The notes beneath the pieces were generated by a model, which did no database searches, was not told the origin of the DNA, and worked only from the letters and a program-made list of their open reading frames with translations. Source: the human T2T-CHM13v2.0 reference genome, Homo sapiens. From it: DNA of 64,000 nt. Made by a program: the position numbers and the translations under genes. The DNA lies in assembly GCF_009914755.1 (NCBI RefSeq), contig NC_060930.1; one strand, 5' to 3'. Positions 13,042 through 27,913 of the stretch are shown one piece after another (position 1 is the stretch's first letter; the number at the start of each line of letters is the position of its first letter).

Positions 13042-14489
13042 ATAGATAAATTGCTAGAGAACTGAAATTTTAACAATATTGAGTTTTCCATTCCATGAAC
13101 ATTGTATATATTTCTATTTGTTTGTTTTCTTTAATTTCTCTTAAATGTTGTGACTTCTAACTTAATAATTTTGCACATTTTGTTTAAATTTATTCCCAGG
13201 AATTTATGGGTACATTCAACACTATTGTAAGTCTGTTTACTTTTTATGTTTTACTTTCCAATTCTTCTCTGCTAATATATAGAAATACAATTGATTTTTG
13301 TGTATTATCATATATTTGTTAAATTTACATGTTCTAGCTTACTTTTTGGGAGGATTAATTGAGATTTTATGTCACTTGAAAATAAGTGCTGTTTTCTTTC
13401 TTTCTTTCCAGTCTTTATGACTTTTATTTTTCTTGCTTTAATCCACTAGCTAACATTTTCAGTAAAATGTTGAATAGAATTAAATACCTTTGAATATTCT
13501 TAAACTTAGGAGAAATATTTATTCTTTTACAATTAAATATGCATTAGCTGTTGGTTTTTCATAGATGTCATTTACATAAATGAGAAAGTTCCCTACCACA
13601 AAGTTTAGTTAGTTTTTGTCATGAGTCACTGTTTAATTTTACCAAATACTATTTTTCATGTATTGAAAAAAATCGTATAATTTTGTCTTTTTTGAAAATG
13701 ATGAATCACAAAAATTGATGTTCAAATATTAAAACAAAATTGAAATTTACATTTCTAGGATACAACTCTGTTGGTCATGATATATTACATCTTAGTGCTA
13801 TTTTGAATAATCTACTTTTGTTAATGATATTTATTTCTGTTCATGAAGGATATTAGTCTTAAGTTTTCTTGTTTAGAATAATGTCATATTTTAGTATCAC
13901 AGTTGTGCTGAACTCCAAAGATGAGTCCATTGATATTCTCTCCTCTGTTACAATGAAATAAATGTATTAAAGGTTAGGGTTATTTTATATTTAAAAGTTG
14001 ATTACAACAAGTGGATTTTGTCATCATTATAAAACACCTTGCTTAATCTCAATAATATACCTTAAACTTAATTTTGTTGGGCACTAATGTAGCCATTCCA
14101 TATTTAAGATTTTTAACATACGTCTATATTTAACATTTGTAAGGTATATCTTTCGCCATGTGTCTAATTTTAACTTACATGAGCATTTAACGTGCTTTTC
14201 AAATTAATTTTTATAGTATTGGATTTAAATTAGTCTATTCACTTTTAAGCTCTGCCTCTTTATGTTATTTTAAAGTGGTTTCATTAGGAATTGCAATATG
14301 CATACTTACCATATTATGATCTACTTACATATAATATCATACTACCCCATTAAAAAAGCAAGAAGTTTACAACAGTTTAATCTCATTTACCCTTTTATCC
14401 TTTGAACAGATGTTGTCATAGATTTACTTCTACAAGAATTATAAACCCCACAATACAGTGTTTTGTTTTGTTTGTTTGTCTGTTAACAG

Positions 14490-14860
<371 letters not shown>

Positions 14861-17819
14861 GTAGTTGATGCTTTTACAAATGTATATTATTTCTTATGAT
14901 CTCCATTTCATTTTGTAGATCCAAGTTTTCAACTAATACAATTTATTTTAGTTTCAAGAATTTTTTTAGCATTTCTTTAAGCATAGGTTTGTTGGCAACA
15001 AATTCTATCAGATTTTTAAAATTTTACTATTCATTATTGATAATAATGGTTGTACATATTTTTGGAATACATATATATTTTGGTACATGTATATAATGTG
15101 TAATGATTACACCAGGGTAATTGGAATATCCATCACCTGAAACATTTATCTTTTCTTTGGGTTGGAAACATTACAATCCTCTTCTAGCTATTTTGGAATA
15201 TATAATAAGTTACTGTTAACTATAATTTTCCTACTGTGCTATTAAATACTAGCACAGTATTTTTTCTATCAACCCATATTCTATACCCATTAACCAACTT
15301 TTATTCATCCTACCCCCACTTCTCTTCCCAGCCTCAGCTAATTACTATTTTACTCCCCACTTCCATGAAATCCACATTTTTACCTCCCATGTACGAGTGA
15401 AAACAGGTGATATTTGTCTTTCTGTGCTTTAATGTTTTCACTTAACATAGTGACCTTCAGTTCCATTTATGTTGGTACAAATGACAATACTTCATTTTTT
15501 ATGGCTGAATAGTATTCCGCCGTGCATATATATCAGCTTTTCTTTATCCATCCATCTGGTACTTAGTTTATTCCATATCTTGGCTATTGTGAGTACTGCT
15601 GCAATAAATGGGAATGCAGATATCTCTTTGATATACTGATTTCTTTCTTCTTGATATATATGGCTGGGTTATATAGTAGTTCTATTTTTAGTTTTTTTGA
15701 GAAACCTCCTGACGGTTGTCTGTAATGGCTACACTACTTTACATTCCTAATAACAGTGTACAAGCATTCTCCTTTTTCAGCCTCCTTGCCAGAACTTGTT
15801 ATTTTGTTGTTGTTGTTGTCTTTGTTGTTGTTGCTGTTGCTGTTGACAATAGCCATTCTAACTGTTCTAACTGGGGCGAGATATCTCATTGTCAATTTGA
15901 TTTGCATTAATCTGATGAACAGTGATGTTGAACATTTTTTCATATACCTGTTGGCCATGTGTATGCCTCCTTGTGAGAAATGTCTATTCATGTCTTTTGT
16001 TCATTTTTTAATTGAAGTATATGTTTTCTTGCTATTGAATTGTTAGAATACCTTATGTATTATGGTTATTAATCCCCTGTCAGATAAATAGTTTGCAAAT
16101 TTTTTCCCATGTGTTGGTTGTCTCTTCATTTTGTTAATTAATTTATTTACTGTGTAAAACTTTTTTTAGGTTGATATAATACCATTTGTCTATTTTTCTT
16201 TTGGTTATCTGTGCTTTTGTGGTCTTACCCAAAATCTTTTGTCAGACCAATGTTCTGTAGCATTTTTCAAATCTTTTCTTCTAGTAGTTTCATGGTTTCA
16301 GGTCTTACATTTAAGTCATTGATCCATTTTGAGTTGATTTTTGTATATAGTGAAAGATAGAGATCTGGTTTCACTCTTCTGCATAGGAAATCCAGTTTTC
16401 TCAACACCATTTATTAAAGAGACTGTCCTTTCCCTGATGTATGTTATGGACACCTTTGTCAAAAATGAGTTGGCTCTAAATGCATCAATTTATTTCTATT
16501 CAGGTACTCTATTCTGTTCCATTTGTCTATGTGTCTGTTTTTATGCCAGTGCCATGCTGTTTTAGCTAACGTGACTTTGCAGTATAATGTGAAATCCAGT
16601 AGTGGAATGCCTCCAGCTTTGTTCCTTTTGCTCAGGATTGCTTTAGCTATTTAGGATATTTTGTGATTTTATACCAATCTTAGCGTTGCTTTTCTATTTC
16701 TGTTAAGAATGTCATTGGTATTTTGATAAGTATTACATTAAATATGTAGAAAACTTTGGGTGGTATGGTTATTTTAACTATATTAATCCTTTCAACTTAT
16801 GAACATGGGATAACTTTTAACTTTCTTGTGTTCTTTTCAATTTCTTTCATTGACGTTTTACAGCTTTCTTTGTAGAAATCTTTCATGTCTCCAATTAAAT
16901 TAATTTCTAGGGATTTTAAAATTTATTAATGAGATTACTTTTTTTATTTCATTTTCACTTGATTTCTGTTAGCATATAGAAATGCTAATTATTTTTGTAT
17001 GGTGATTCTGTATCCTATAACATTACTAAATTCATTTATCAGTTATGGTTTTTTTGGTGAAGTCTCTAAGTTTTTCTGTATATAAGATCATGTTGTCTGC
17101 AAACAGGAATAATTAAGACAAATTATCCTTTATTTTCATTTTGAATGCCCTTTATTTTTTTCCCTTGCCTAACTGCCCTGGCTAGGGCTTTTAGTATTAT
17201 GTTGAATAAAAGTGATGAAAGTGGAAATCCTTGTCTTGTTACAGATCTTAGTGAAAAGGCTTTCAGTTTCTCCTCATTCAGTATGATATTAGCTGTGTTC
17301 TTGTTATATATTACTTTTAATCTCTTGATGTAAGTTCCTTCTGTACTCAGTTTGTTAATGGCTTCTTATCATGAAAGGATGTTAAATGTTGTTGAAAGCT
17401 TTTTCAACATCTATTGAAATGCAATATGATTTTTGTCCTATTTGTGTTGTTGTTAATGTGGTGCCTGACATTTATTGATTTGTGTATGTAGAACCCTCCT
17501 TATATTCCAGGGATGAATTCCACTTGATCATGTTGAATTATATTTTCAATGTGTTGTTTGCTAGTATTTTTTGAGAATTTTTGCAACTATGTTCATCAGG
17601 GATATTGGGCTGTAGTTTTCTTTTTGTCATTGTGTCATTGTCAGATTTTGGTATCAGGGTAATACTGGCCACATAGAATACGTTTGGAAGTATTCCTGCT
17701 TCTTTAATTTGTTAAAAGTAGTTTGAGTAGAATTGGTATTGATTTTTTAAAAATATTTGATAGAATTCTGCAGTGAATCCATCAGGTCCTGGGTTTTTCT
17801 TTGATAGAAATTTTTTTTT

Positions 17820-18918
<1,099 letters not shown>

Positions 18919-21900
18919 GAAGACTTTTTGTTATTGCTTTGATCTCATTACTGTTCTTTGGTCTGTTAGGCTTTTCTATTTTATTATTGTTCAATCTTGG
19001 TAGTTTATAAGTGACAAAAAATATGTCAAATTATTTTAGGGTTTTTTTTCCAATATGTTGGCAGATCACTGTTCAGACTAGACTCTAATGATTCTTTGTA
19101 TTTCTGTGATATCAGTTGTAATGTGTTCTTTTTCATCTTTAATTTTATTTATTTGGCTCTTCTCTCTTCTCTCTTTCTCTCTTGATAGTCTATCTTATGC
19201 TTTGTTAGTTTTGTTTGTTTTTTAAAAAAAATACTTTTTATTAGGTTGAGCTTTTGTATTGCTTTATTTAGTATTAATTTCAGTTATTTCTATTCTGATC
19301 TTTTTATTTCTTTTATTCACTAATTTTAGGTTTAGTTTGTTCTTGCTTTTCTAGTTTCTTAAAGTGCATTTTTAGGTTGTTTATTTGGAGTATTTCTATT
19401 TTTTTGATGTAAGTTATTTGCTATAAACTTTTCTCTTAGTACTGCTTTTGCTGCATCCTGTAAGTTCTGATATATTGTGTTTCTGTTTTCATGTGTTTCA
19501 AAATTTTTTCAAATTTCCTTCCTAATTTCTTCATTGATGCATTGGTCATTCGAGAGCATGTTGTTTAATTTTCATGCATTTGTACAGTTTTTAAAGTTCT
19601 TTTTGTTATTAATATCTAGTTTTAGTCTCTTGTGGTCAGAAAAGTTACCTGAAATACTTTTGATTTTTTTGAAATTGTTGACACCTGTTTTGTGGCCTAA
19701 CATATTGTCTGTTTTGCAGAATGTTGCACATGCTAATGAGAAGATTGTGTTTTCTGCAGCAGTCAGACAAACGTGGGTTACATTCATTTGGTCTACATTA
19801 TATTCTAACTCTGATGTTTCCTTGTTGAATTTCTGCCTGAACGATCTGTCCACTGCTTAAAGTGGGCTATTGAATCCCTCTACTGGTATTGCAGTCCTTC
19901 TCTCCCTTTAGATATATTAATATTTGGTTTGTATATTTGCATGCTCTGATGTAGGATAAATATACATTTAATATTGTTATATCATCTTGCTAAATTGACT
20001 CCTTTATTACTGTATAATCTTTCTTTGTGTCTTTTTATGGTTTTTGAGTTAAGGTCTAATTAAGCATAGCTCCTCCTATTCATTTTTCTTTTTTATTTTC
20101 ATGGAATATATTTTTCATCTTTTCACTGTAAGTCTACATGTGTCTTTATAGGTGGAGTGAGTTCCTCATAGTTAGCATATATTTGGGTCTTGTTTTTTAA
20201 TCCATCCAATTTGCTTTTTTTTAATTGGATAGTTTGGTTCATTTACTTTCATTGGTTACTATCATAGTTAAGGCCTTACTTTATACATTTTGTTTGTACT
20301 TGTATAACTCCTCTCTTTCTTTCTTGTTTTCTTACTGCTTTTGTAGTTACTTGATTTTTCTCTAGTGGCATGTTTTAATTCATTGCTTTTTATTTTTCAT
20401 GTATCTTTTAGGTTTTGCTTTATGGCCACCACAATGCTTACAAGATATAACTTGTAGCTATAACAATTATTGAAAACTGATATAACTTCACTTTGAATAA
20501 AATAAAAGAAACAAACCAAAAAAATACCTAACACATTAACTCCCTTCTCCCTCCACATTTTGAATTTTTTGGTGTCACAATATACATTTTTGTATTGCTT
20601 ATCTCTTAAAAAAATTATTGTAGTTATTATTTTTAAGAGTTTTGGTTTTTATTTTTCTTACTAAATATATAAGTGCCTTAAACCCAATTGTCACACTAAT
20701 AATTACAATATTAGTGTGACAGTTACATTAGCATCCTTTTCTTTTAGTTTGCAAAACTTTTTTAGCATTTCTTTTAGAATAGGTCTGGTAGAAATGAATT
20801 TCCTCAGCTTTTGTTTGTTTGGGAAAGTCATTTCTGAAGAATAATTTTGCTGGGTACAGTATTCTTAGTTGACTATATTTTTCTTTAGTATTCTACATAT
20901 ATCACACCACGCCCTCCCGGCCTGTTATGTTTCTGCTGAAAGTGTACTGCCAGGTGTATTGGAACTCTTTATATCTTGTTTTCTCCTATCTTTCTGCTTT
21001 TAGAATCTTTTCCCTATCTTTGAACTTCGAGTGTTTGATTATAATGTGTCTTCAGGTATTTTCATTTGGGTTGAATTGGACTGATGACTTTTGACCTTTT
21101 TGCACTTGCATGTATTTCTTCCTTCAGGTTTGGTAATTTTTTATGTTATTATTTATTTGAATAAGTTTTCTAGTCCTTTAACTTTTTAAGTTCTCTCTTT
21201 TATTCTAATAACCTAAATATTTGCTCTTTTGATACTGCCCCATAAGTCCCATTAGCTTTGTTTAATATTTTATTCTTTTTTGATTGTATATTTTCCAAAA
21301 GTCTATCTTCAAGCACATTGATTCTTCCCTCTGAGTAATTCTGCTGTTAATGCTCTCTTTCACATTTTTTATTTCCCTCATTTTATTTTTCAACTCCAAG
21401 ATTTCTGTTTAATTTTTTATTATTATTTAAATCTGTTAAATTTATCTGATAAATTTATGAATTGAGCCTCTCTGTTTTATTGAGGTTTGCTGAGCTTCCT
21501 TAAAACCGCACTTTTGAATTATTTGTCTAAGAGATAATACATGTCCATCACTTTTGCATCAATTTCTGGTGCCTTACTTTTTTCCATTCAGTGAGGTCAT
21601 ATTTCCCTGAATGTTCTTGTTGTTTGTAGAAGTGAGACGACAGCACATCATTAGGTATTTATTTTAGTTTTTGCAGTCTGGCTTTCCTTATGTCTATGCT
21701 TCTTCAGAGGGCCTTCCAGGGATTTTATACCAACTGACAATTGTATTCCTTAAGTTCGTATCCACTATAGCCATCTCAGCAATAGAAGATGCTTTAAGCT
21801 CAGGCTTGCTGTGAGTCTCATGAGGTCCCAGAGACTGATGCAGCTTTCTGCCCAGATGGACCTGCAGAAGATTTGGGGATGGTTAGTGGATGTATTTGGG

Positions 21901-21949
21901 AATGCTGACCAGGGACCTGAGTCCAGAAGACTTGCCCAGTGGCCCTTAC

Positions 21950-22660
21950 AGTTATTCCTCTCAGCAGACTCCTGCACAGGTGTGATGAGTTCCCACCTGC
22001 AACAAAAAGGGGCTAGAGTTGAGACTGGACCCCTTTGGAATCTTCTGTGGGAAAGAGTTTAATGAGCCCATCTTGTTGGCTCAGAGTGGTGTGTGTCTGC
22101 CAGCAGATCTCTGCACAGGTAAGAGTTTTCTGACTGCAGCAGGAGGGGCTGAAGCTAAGACTGGGTCTGCCCTGAATCAGCTGTGAGACAGAGTCCGAAG
22201 AGCTCTGTCTAGGCTCAGAGGGGTGTGCATAACCCAACAAGTTCCTGCACAAATATAATAGTTTCTTGACTGCAGCAGGAGGGGCTGAAACTGGGACTGG
22301 ATCCCTTAAGCATCTGCTGTAGGATGGAGGCTGGATAGCCTGTTTTCATTGGCTCAGAGGGGCACACATCACCAAGCAAGTCCCTGCACAGATGGAATAG
22401 TTTACTAATTACAGTAGAAGGAGTCAGAGATGTCACTGAGTCCACTTAAGATCTCCTGTGTAACAGGCTGAATAGCTTGCGTTGTTTACCCAGATAGACA
22501 CATATCCCAGCAGATCCCAACACATATGGGATTGTTCCTCACCTGCAGCAAGAGGGGTCAAAGTTGAAACTCGTCTTTTTTAAGATCTACTGTGGGATAG
22601 AGGTTGGCAAGTCCATAAAGGAAGCTCAGACCCCCAGGCTATGAGATGGGAGTCAGTCTC
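21950..22660 (-). repeat. ~136-bp tandem monomers of the L1MA (L1M2-type) 5' UTR, about 5 copies
   Basis: Anchor CA(G/A)..CCTGCACA at 21965, 22104, 22238, 22377, 22511; recurring CTGCAGCAGGAGGGGCTGA. Confidence 0.8.
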
Positions 22661-23729
<1,069 letters not shown>

Positions 23730-24580
23730 CGCCACCCCTTGGTTTTCAACCATGGGTCTATAACAGCAAAACAAAGATAAACAATTATTAATAATTAGTC
23801 CAGTTCATCATACTGTATGAGTTTCTCCCAGGCTGAGGCTCTCAGGTTTGTAGCCCTTCTTTCTACCTTGTCAGGTTCCAAAAGTAGGAGTGGTCTCAGC
23901 AAATATATAGCTTCACCCTTTAGGCATCTGGAATAATTGAGCTAAGCAACAATTTCATCTCTTTCTGTGAGATTTCTTAGAGTTGTTAATGTAATAGTGA
24001 ATTACCCTCATTTTATAAGCCATTTATTCATTTCTTTACCCTTGGCTATTATTCCTCCTTTTTGTTCCATTTGTCATTTATTTTTACCTAAACTTTTCCA
24101 CTTTCAGAAGGGACATGAGGTTTGGCCACTGTGATGGTCCAGATTGCTGGCAGCAGTACTAGTCTAGCAAGTGTCTCCCACTCAGTCCATTCCCATTTAC
24201 ATAAGGAAGAGTTACATAGGTTCCAAACTAGTGAGCTATTTTTATCACTAGACAATATGGCAGTACTTATTCTTAACCCCAATTTTGCTAGGTGGGGTAA
24301 AGGCACCATGTACCTCCATCAGACCTTTAGGAATTTTGACTAAGTTTAAAAATATAGTGACATATTTTGCTTAAAAATCATCTCTACTTCCAGTACTTGT
24401 AGTTTCAGTCCTGGTCCTAGGACCACTGCATTAGGCAAGGAAGAAAAAAAAAGATTTTTTTTGAGGTAATTTGTGGAAGAAAGTAAAAATATATATAGTT
24501 GTTATAGCAGTGTATTCCTCCCTTGGCAAAAATTGTATAATTGCATAGTCATACCACCATCCTCCCCATCCCTTCTCCGG
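23730..24580 (-). mobile_element. MER21/MER4-group ERV internal 3' fragment
   Basis: Directly abuts the LTR through CCACCCCT (polypurine tract on the minus strand); not LTR-like or L1-like; right boundary approximate. Confidence 0.55.
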
Positions 24581-24604
24581 ATCAACAAGAAAAGCAGAAA
24601 AAAC

Positions 24605-27571
24605 ATCGAGGGGGGCTGCTCCTTTAGTCTCATTCATGTCAGGTGACCGGGGACTGAAGCAGACCCCCAGCATAGCACAGATGGTCTACAGAAATGTTGC
24701 CAGACTGCTTTTTTTAAGTGGTCTCTGATCCTATTTCTTCCCACTCAGTGGGACCTTTCAAGTGGGGTCTCCAGATATCCCTGTCGGTATTCACTAGTTG
24801 ACAAAGGTCTCAAATCTCCCTGGGCAAAGCTCCCAGAGGGAGGGATGGACTGCCGTCTTTCCTGTTTGGGTGACTTAGCTGTCCCAACCTTCAGGCTTTT
24901 GGGACTCCAAGGTGACCAGGGGCTGGAGCAGATACTCAGCAAAGCACAGCACAGCTGCTCTATGAAAATGTGGTCAGACTGTTGTTTAAAGCAGGTCCAC
25001 AATCTCGTTTTTCCTCATTGGGAGGAACCTCCCAACCCGGGTCTCCAGCCACCACCTACAGGTGCATTTGCGCAGGAAACAGGTCTGTATCTCCCTAGGA
25101 TAAAGATCCCAGAAAGTAGAGTAGGCTTCCGTCTTTGCTGTTTCATAGCCTTCACTGTTGATACCTCTAGGTACTGGAAAATCTGAGGTGACTAGGGACT
25201 GGAGTGACCCCCAGCATACTGCAGCAGTCCTACAGAAAAATGGTTAGACTGTGGGTGCGTGTTCCCATATTTCCTCAATGGACAGATCCTCCAGGCCTGG
25301 GCCTCCAGTCATCCCCCTATCTGGGGCTATTGAGCCAGTAGCAGCTTTTCAATTCCCCGGACGGAACCCCCAGGGGCAACTGAAAGCCTCTCTGCCACTG
25401 CCTTTACAGTGGAACTGCCATTGCCACCTTTGAACTAACAAAGGAGCAAAGACCCTAAGTGCCTTATCCACACCTCCAACAAGCTGCCATCAACCCAAGG
25501 AAAGAAGGCCAGTCTGTCTTCCACAGGTCCCACCCACCCACCCTGATCATCACCAGACAGGGAACCCCTGGCTTGGGCCCACAGCACAGACCCTCCATCC
25601 TGGGCTGACTGAACTGAGTGATTGCTGGCTGCATCTCTTTGGGGAGGAGCCCTCAGGAGATAAGTAAATAACCCTTGGCCACAACCACTACTAAGGTCCC
25701 TTCCTCTGCTGCCTCCAAGTTCAGGAAGAAACATGAACCCTGTAATCTCCCCAGAGCTGCAGTGGGCAGCCCAGGAGTGCCAAGCCACAATCAACAGCCA
25801 GAATTCAAGGTGGAGAGGAGCCCACACTTTCAGAGCATTGAGAGGAAACGTGGCTGACACAGTGAGAAAACAAAGGGAAGCCACACAACTGAGCAAAAGT
25901 CCACCAACTAACCAATATGCCTAAGTACCATGTATTAGATCAAAACCCAAAGTTTCGACATCAAAAATGCCTCGCTAACATACCCCTCTCCCGCCATGAA
26001 ACCAAAGACAAGAAGTCACCCCCAAGTAGACTCTGCACAAAGCCTCAGCCCTGTGAAAACATCCAGAAAAGAGATTGACTGAGTGTACTCAACTACATTG
26101 CAGTTAAAGGAACACTCACATGCAGAGAGGAGAAAGAACAAATGCAAGAACTTTGGTAAATCAAATAACCAGAGTGTTGTATGTCCTCCAAATGATTGTA
26201 CCAGTTCTCCAAAGAAAGTTTTTAAGCAGGTTGAGATGATTGAAATGACAGAAATAGAACTCAGAATATGAATAGAAACAAAGGTCATTGAGATTTAGGA
26301 GAATGGCTAAACCCAATCCAAGGAAACTAAGAATCACAGTAAAATGATACAGGAGCTGAAGGATGAAATGGCTGGTATCAAAAGAAACTAATGGATCTGA
26401 CAAAGCTGCAAAATATATACATTACCTTTGCAATGCAATCACAACTATTAGCAGCAAAATAGACCAAGGAGAGGGAAGAATCTCAGAACTTGAAGATTGG
26501 CTCTCTGAAATAATGCAGTCATACAAAAAAAAAAAAAAAAAAAAAAGAAAGAAAGAGAATGAACAAAACGTCTGAGAAACATGGGATTATGTAAAAGGTG
26601 AAATCTATTAATCATTGGTACCCCTGAAAGAGAGGGGGAGAAAGCAAACAACTTAGAAAAAATATTTCAGGATATAGTCCATGAAAACTTCCCATCCTTG
26701 CTAGAGAGGTTAACAGTAAAATTTGGGAAATATAGAACACAGGCAAGATAGAGTGTTAAAGGCAGATAGATAGGAGGAGTAGGTCACCTACAAAGTGAAC
26801 TGCATCAAGCTAATAGCAGACTTCTCAGCTGAAACCCTAGAAGTCAGAAGAGATTGGGAAACTATATTCAACATTTTTAAAGAAAAAAAATTCAAGAATA
26901 TTTTATGGAGCCAAATGAAGCTACCTAAGCAAACGAGAAATAGAAACCTTTTCAGATAAGCAAATGTTGAGGTCTTGTTACCACTAGACCTGCCTTACAA
27001 GAGATCTTGAAAGGAGAACTAAATATAGATTAGAAAAATCACAACCCACTAATACAAAAGCACACTTAAACACACAAACCAGTGACACTATAAAGAAACC
27101 ATGCAAGCAAGCAAGCATAATAACCAGCTAACAACACAATGACCGGATCAAATCCACACATAAAATACTATTCTTTAATCTAAATGGGCTAAATGCCTCA
27201 CTTAGAAGGCAGAGTGGCAAGCTAAATCAAAAAGAAAGACCAAATGGTATGCTGTCTTCAAGAGACCCATCTCACACATAATGACACCCATTGGCTCAAA
27301 ATAAAGGGATAGAGGAAAATCTACCAATAAAATAGAAAACAAAAAAAAGCAGTGGTTACAATCCTAACTTCAAACAAAACAAACTTTAAACCAACAAAGA
27401 TCAAAAAAGACAAAGAAGAGCATAACATAATGGTAAAGGGTTCAATTCAACAAGGAGACGTAACTATACTAAATATATATGCATCCAACACACTAGCATC
27501 CAGATTCATAAAACAAGTTCTTAGAGACCTACAAAAAAATGTAGGCTTTCACACAATAGTAGTGGGAGACC
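24605..27571 (+). mobile_element. Older primate L1 (L1PA13-16/L1P4-type) 5' half: 5' UTR, decayed ORF1, ORF2 endonuclease start; 3' part missing
   Basis: ORF1-like RKNKCKNFGKSNNQSVVCPPNDCTSSP; ORF2 ATGACCGGATCAAATCCACACATA at 27139; EN frame FKPTKIKKDKEEHNIMVKGSIQQ..TIVVGD stops abruptly at ~27571. Confidence 0.85.
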
Positions 27572-27827
27572 AGTTAGAAAAAAAAAAGCATTCAATTCAG
27601 CCCATTAAGCTTATCTGTTTTTACCTTATTTGATCAAAGTAGCAGCCTTCCAAGTAGGATGTTGTCCATTCACTTTTGAGCTGTGCAGCAGGGCAGATAA
27701 GCCAATTGACATAGTTTTGCTCTTTCAAAATGACCCTCCTAAGCCTTGGGCTCCACCAGTTAAATAAACTTCTACCTGAATTCTGAGTATCCTGCAGAGA
27801 GACATTTGACTGTGGATGGGTGCAGAA

Positions 27828-27855
<28 letters not shown>
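27828..27855 (+). repeat. poly(T) run of 28
   Basis: Uninterrupted T run. Confidence 0.95.
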
Positions 27856-27858
<3 letters not shown>

Positions 27859-27913
27859 ATTGTAGGGTGATATGAGTGGGTTACCATCTATTCTGCCATC
27901 TTGGTGACATCAC

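Noticed and set aside
21950-22660. Regularly spaced repeats resembling a CRISPR-like array
   Set aside because: The whole ~136-bp units are homologous and diverged, with no unique spacers; eukaryotic L1 5' UTR monomers
24745-25924. Cluster of 60-153 aa ORFs in GC-richer DNA suggesting a gene or CpG island
   Set aside because: This is an old L1P 5' UTR and is CpG-depleted
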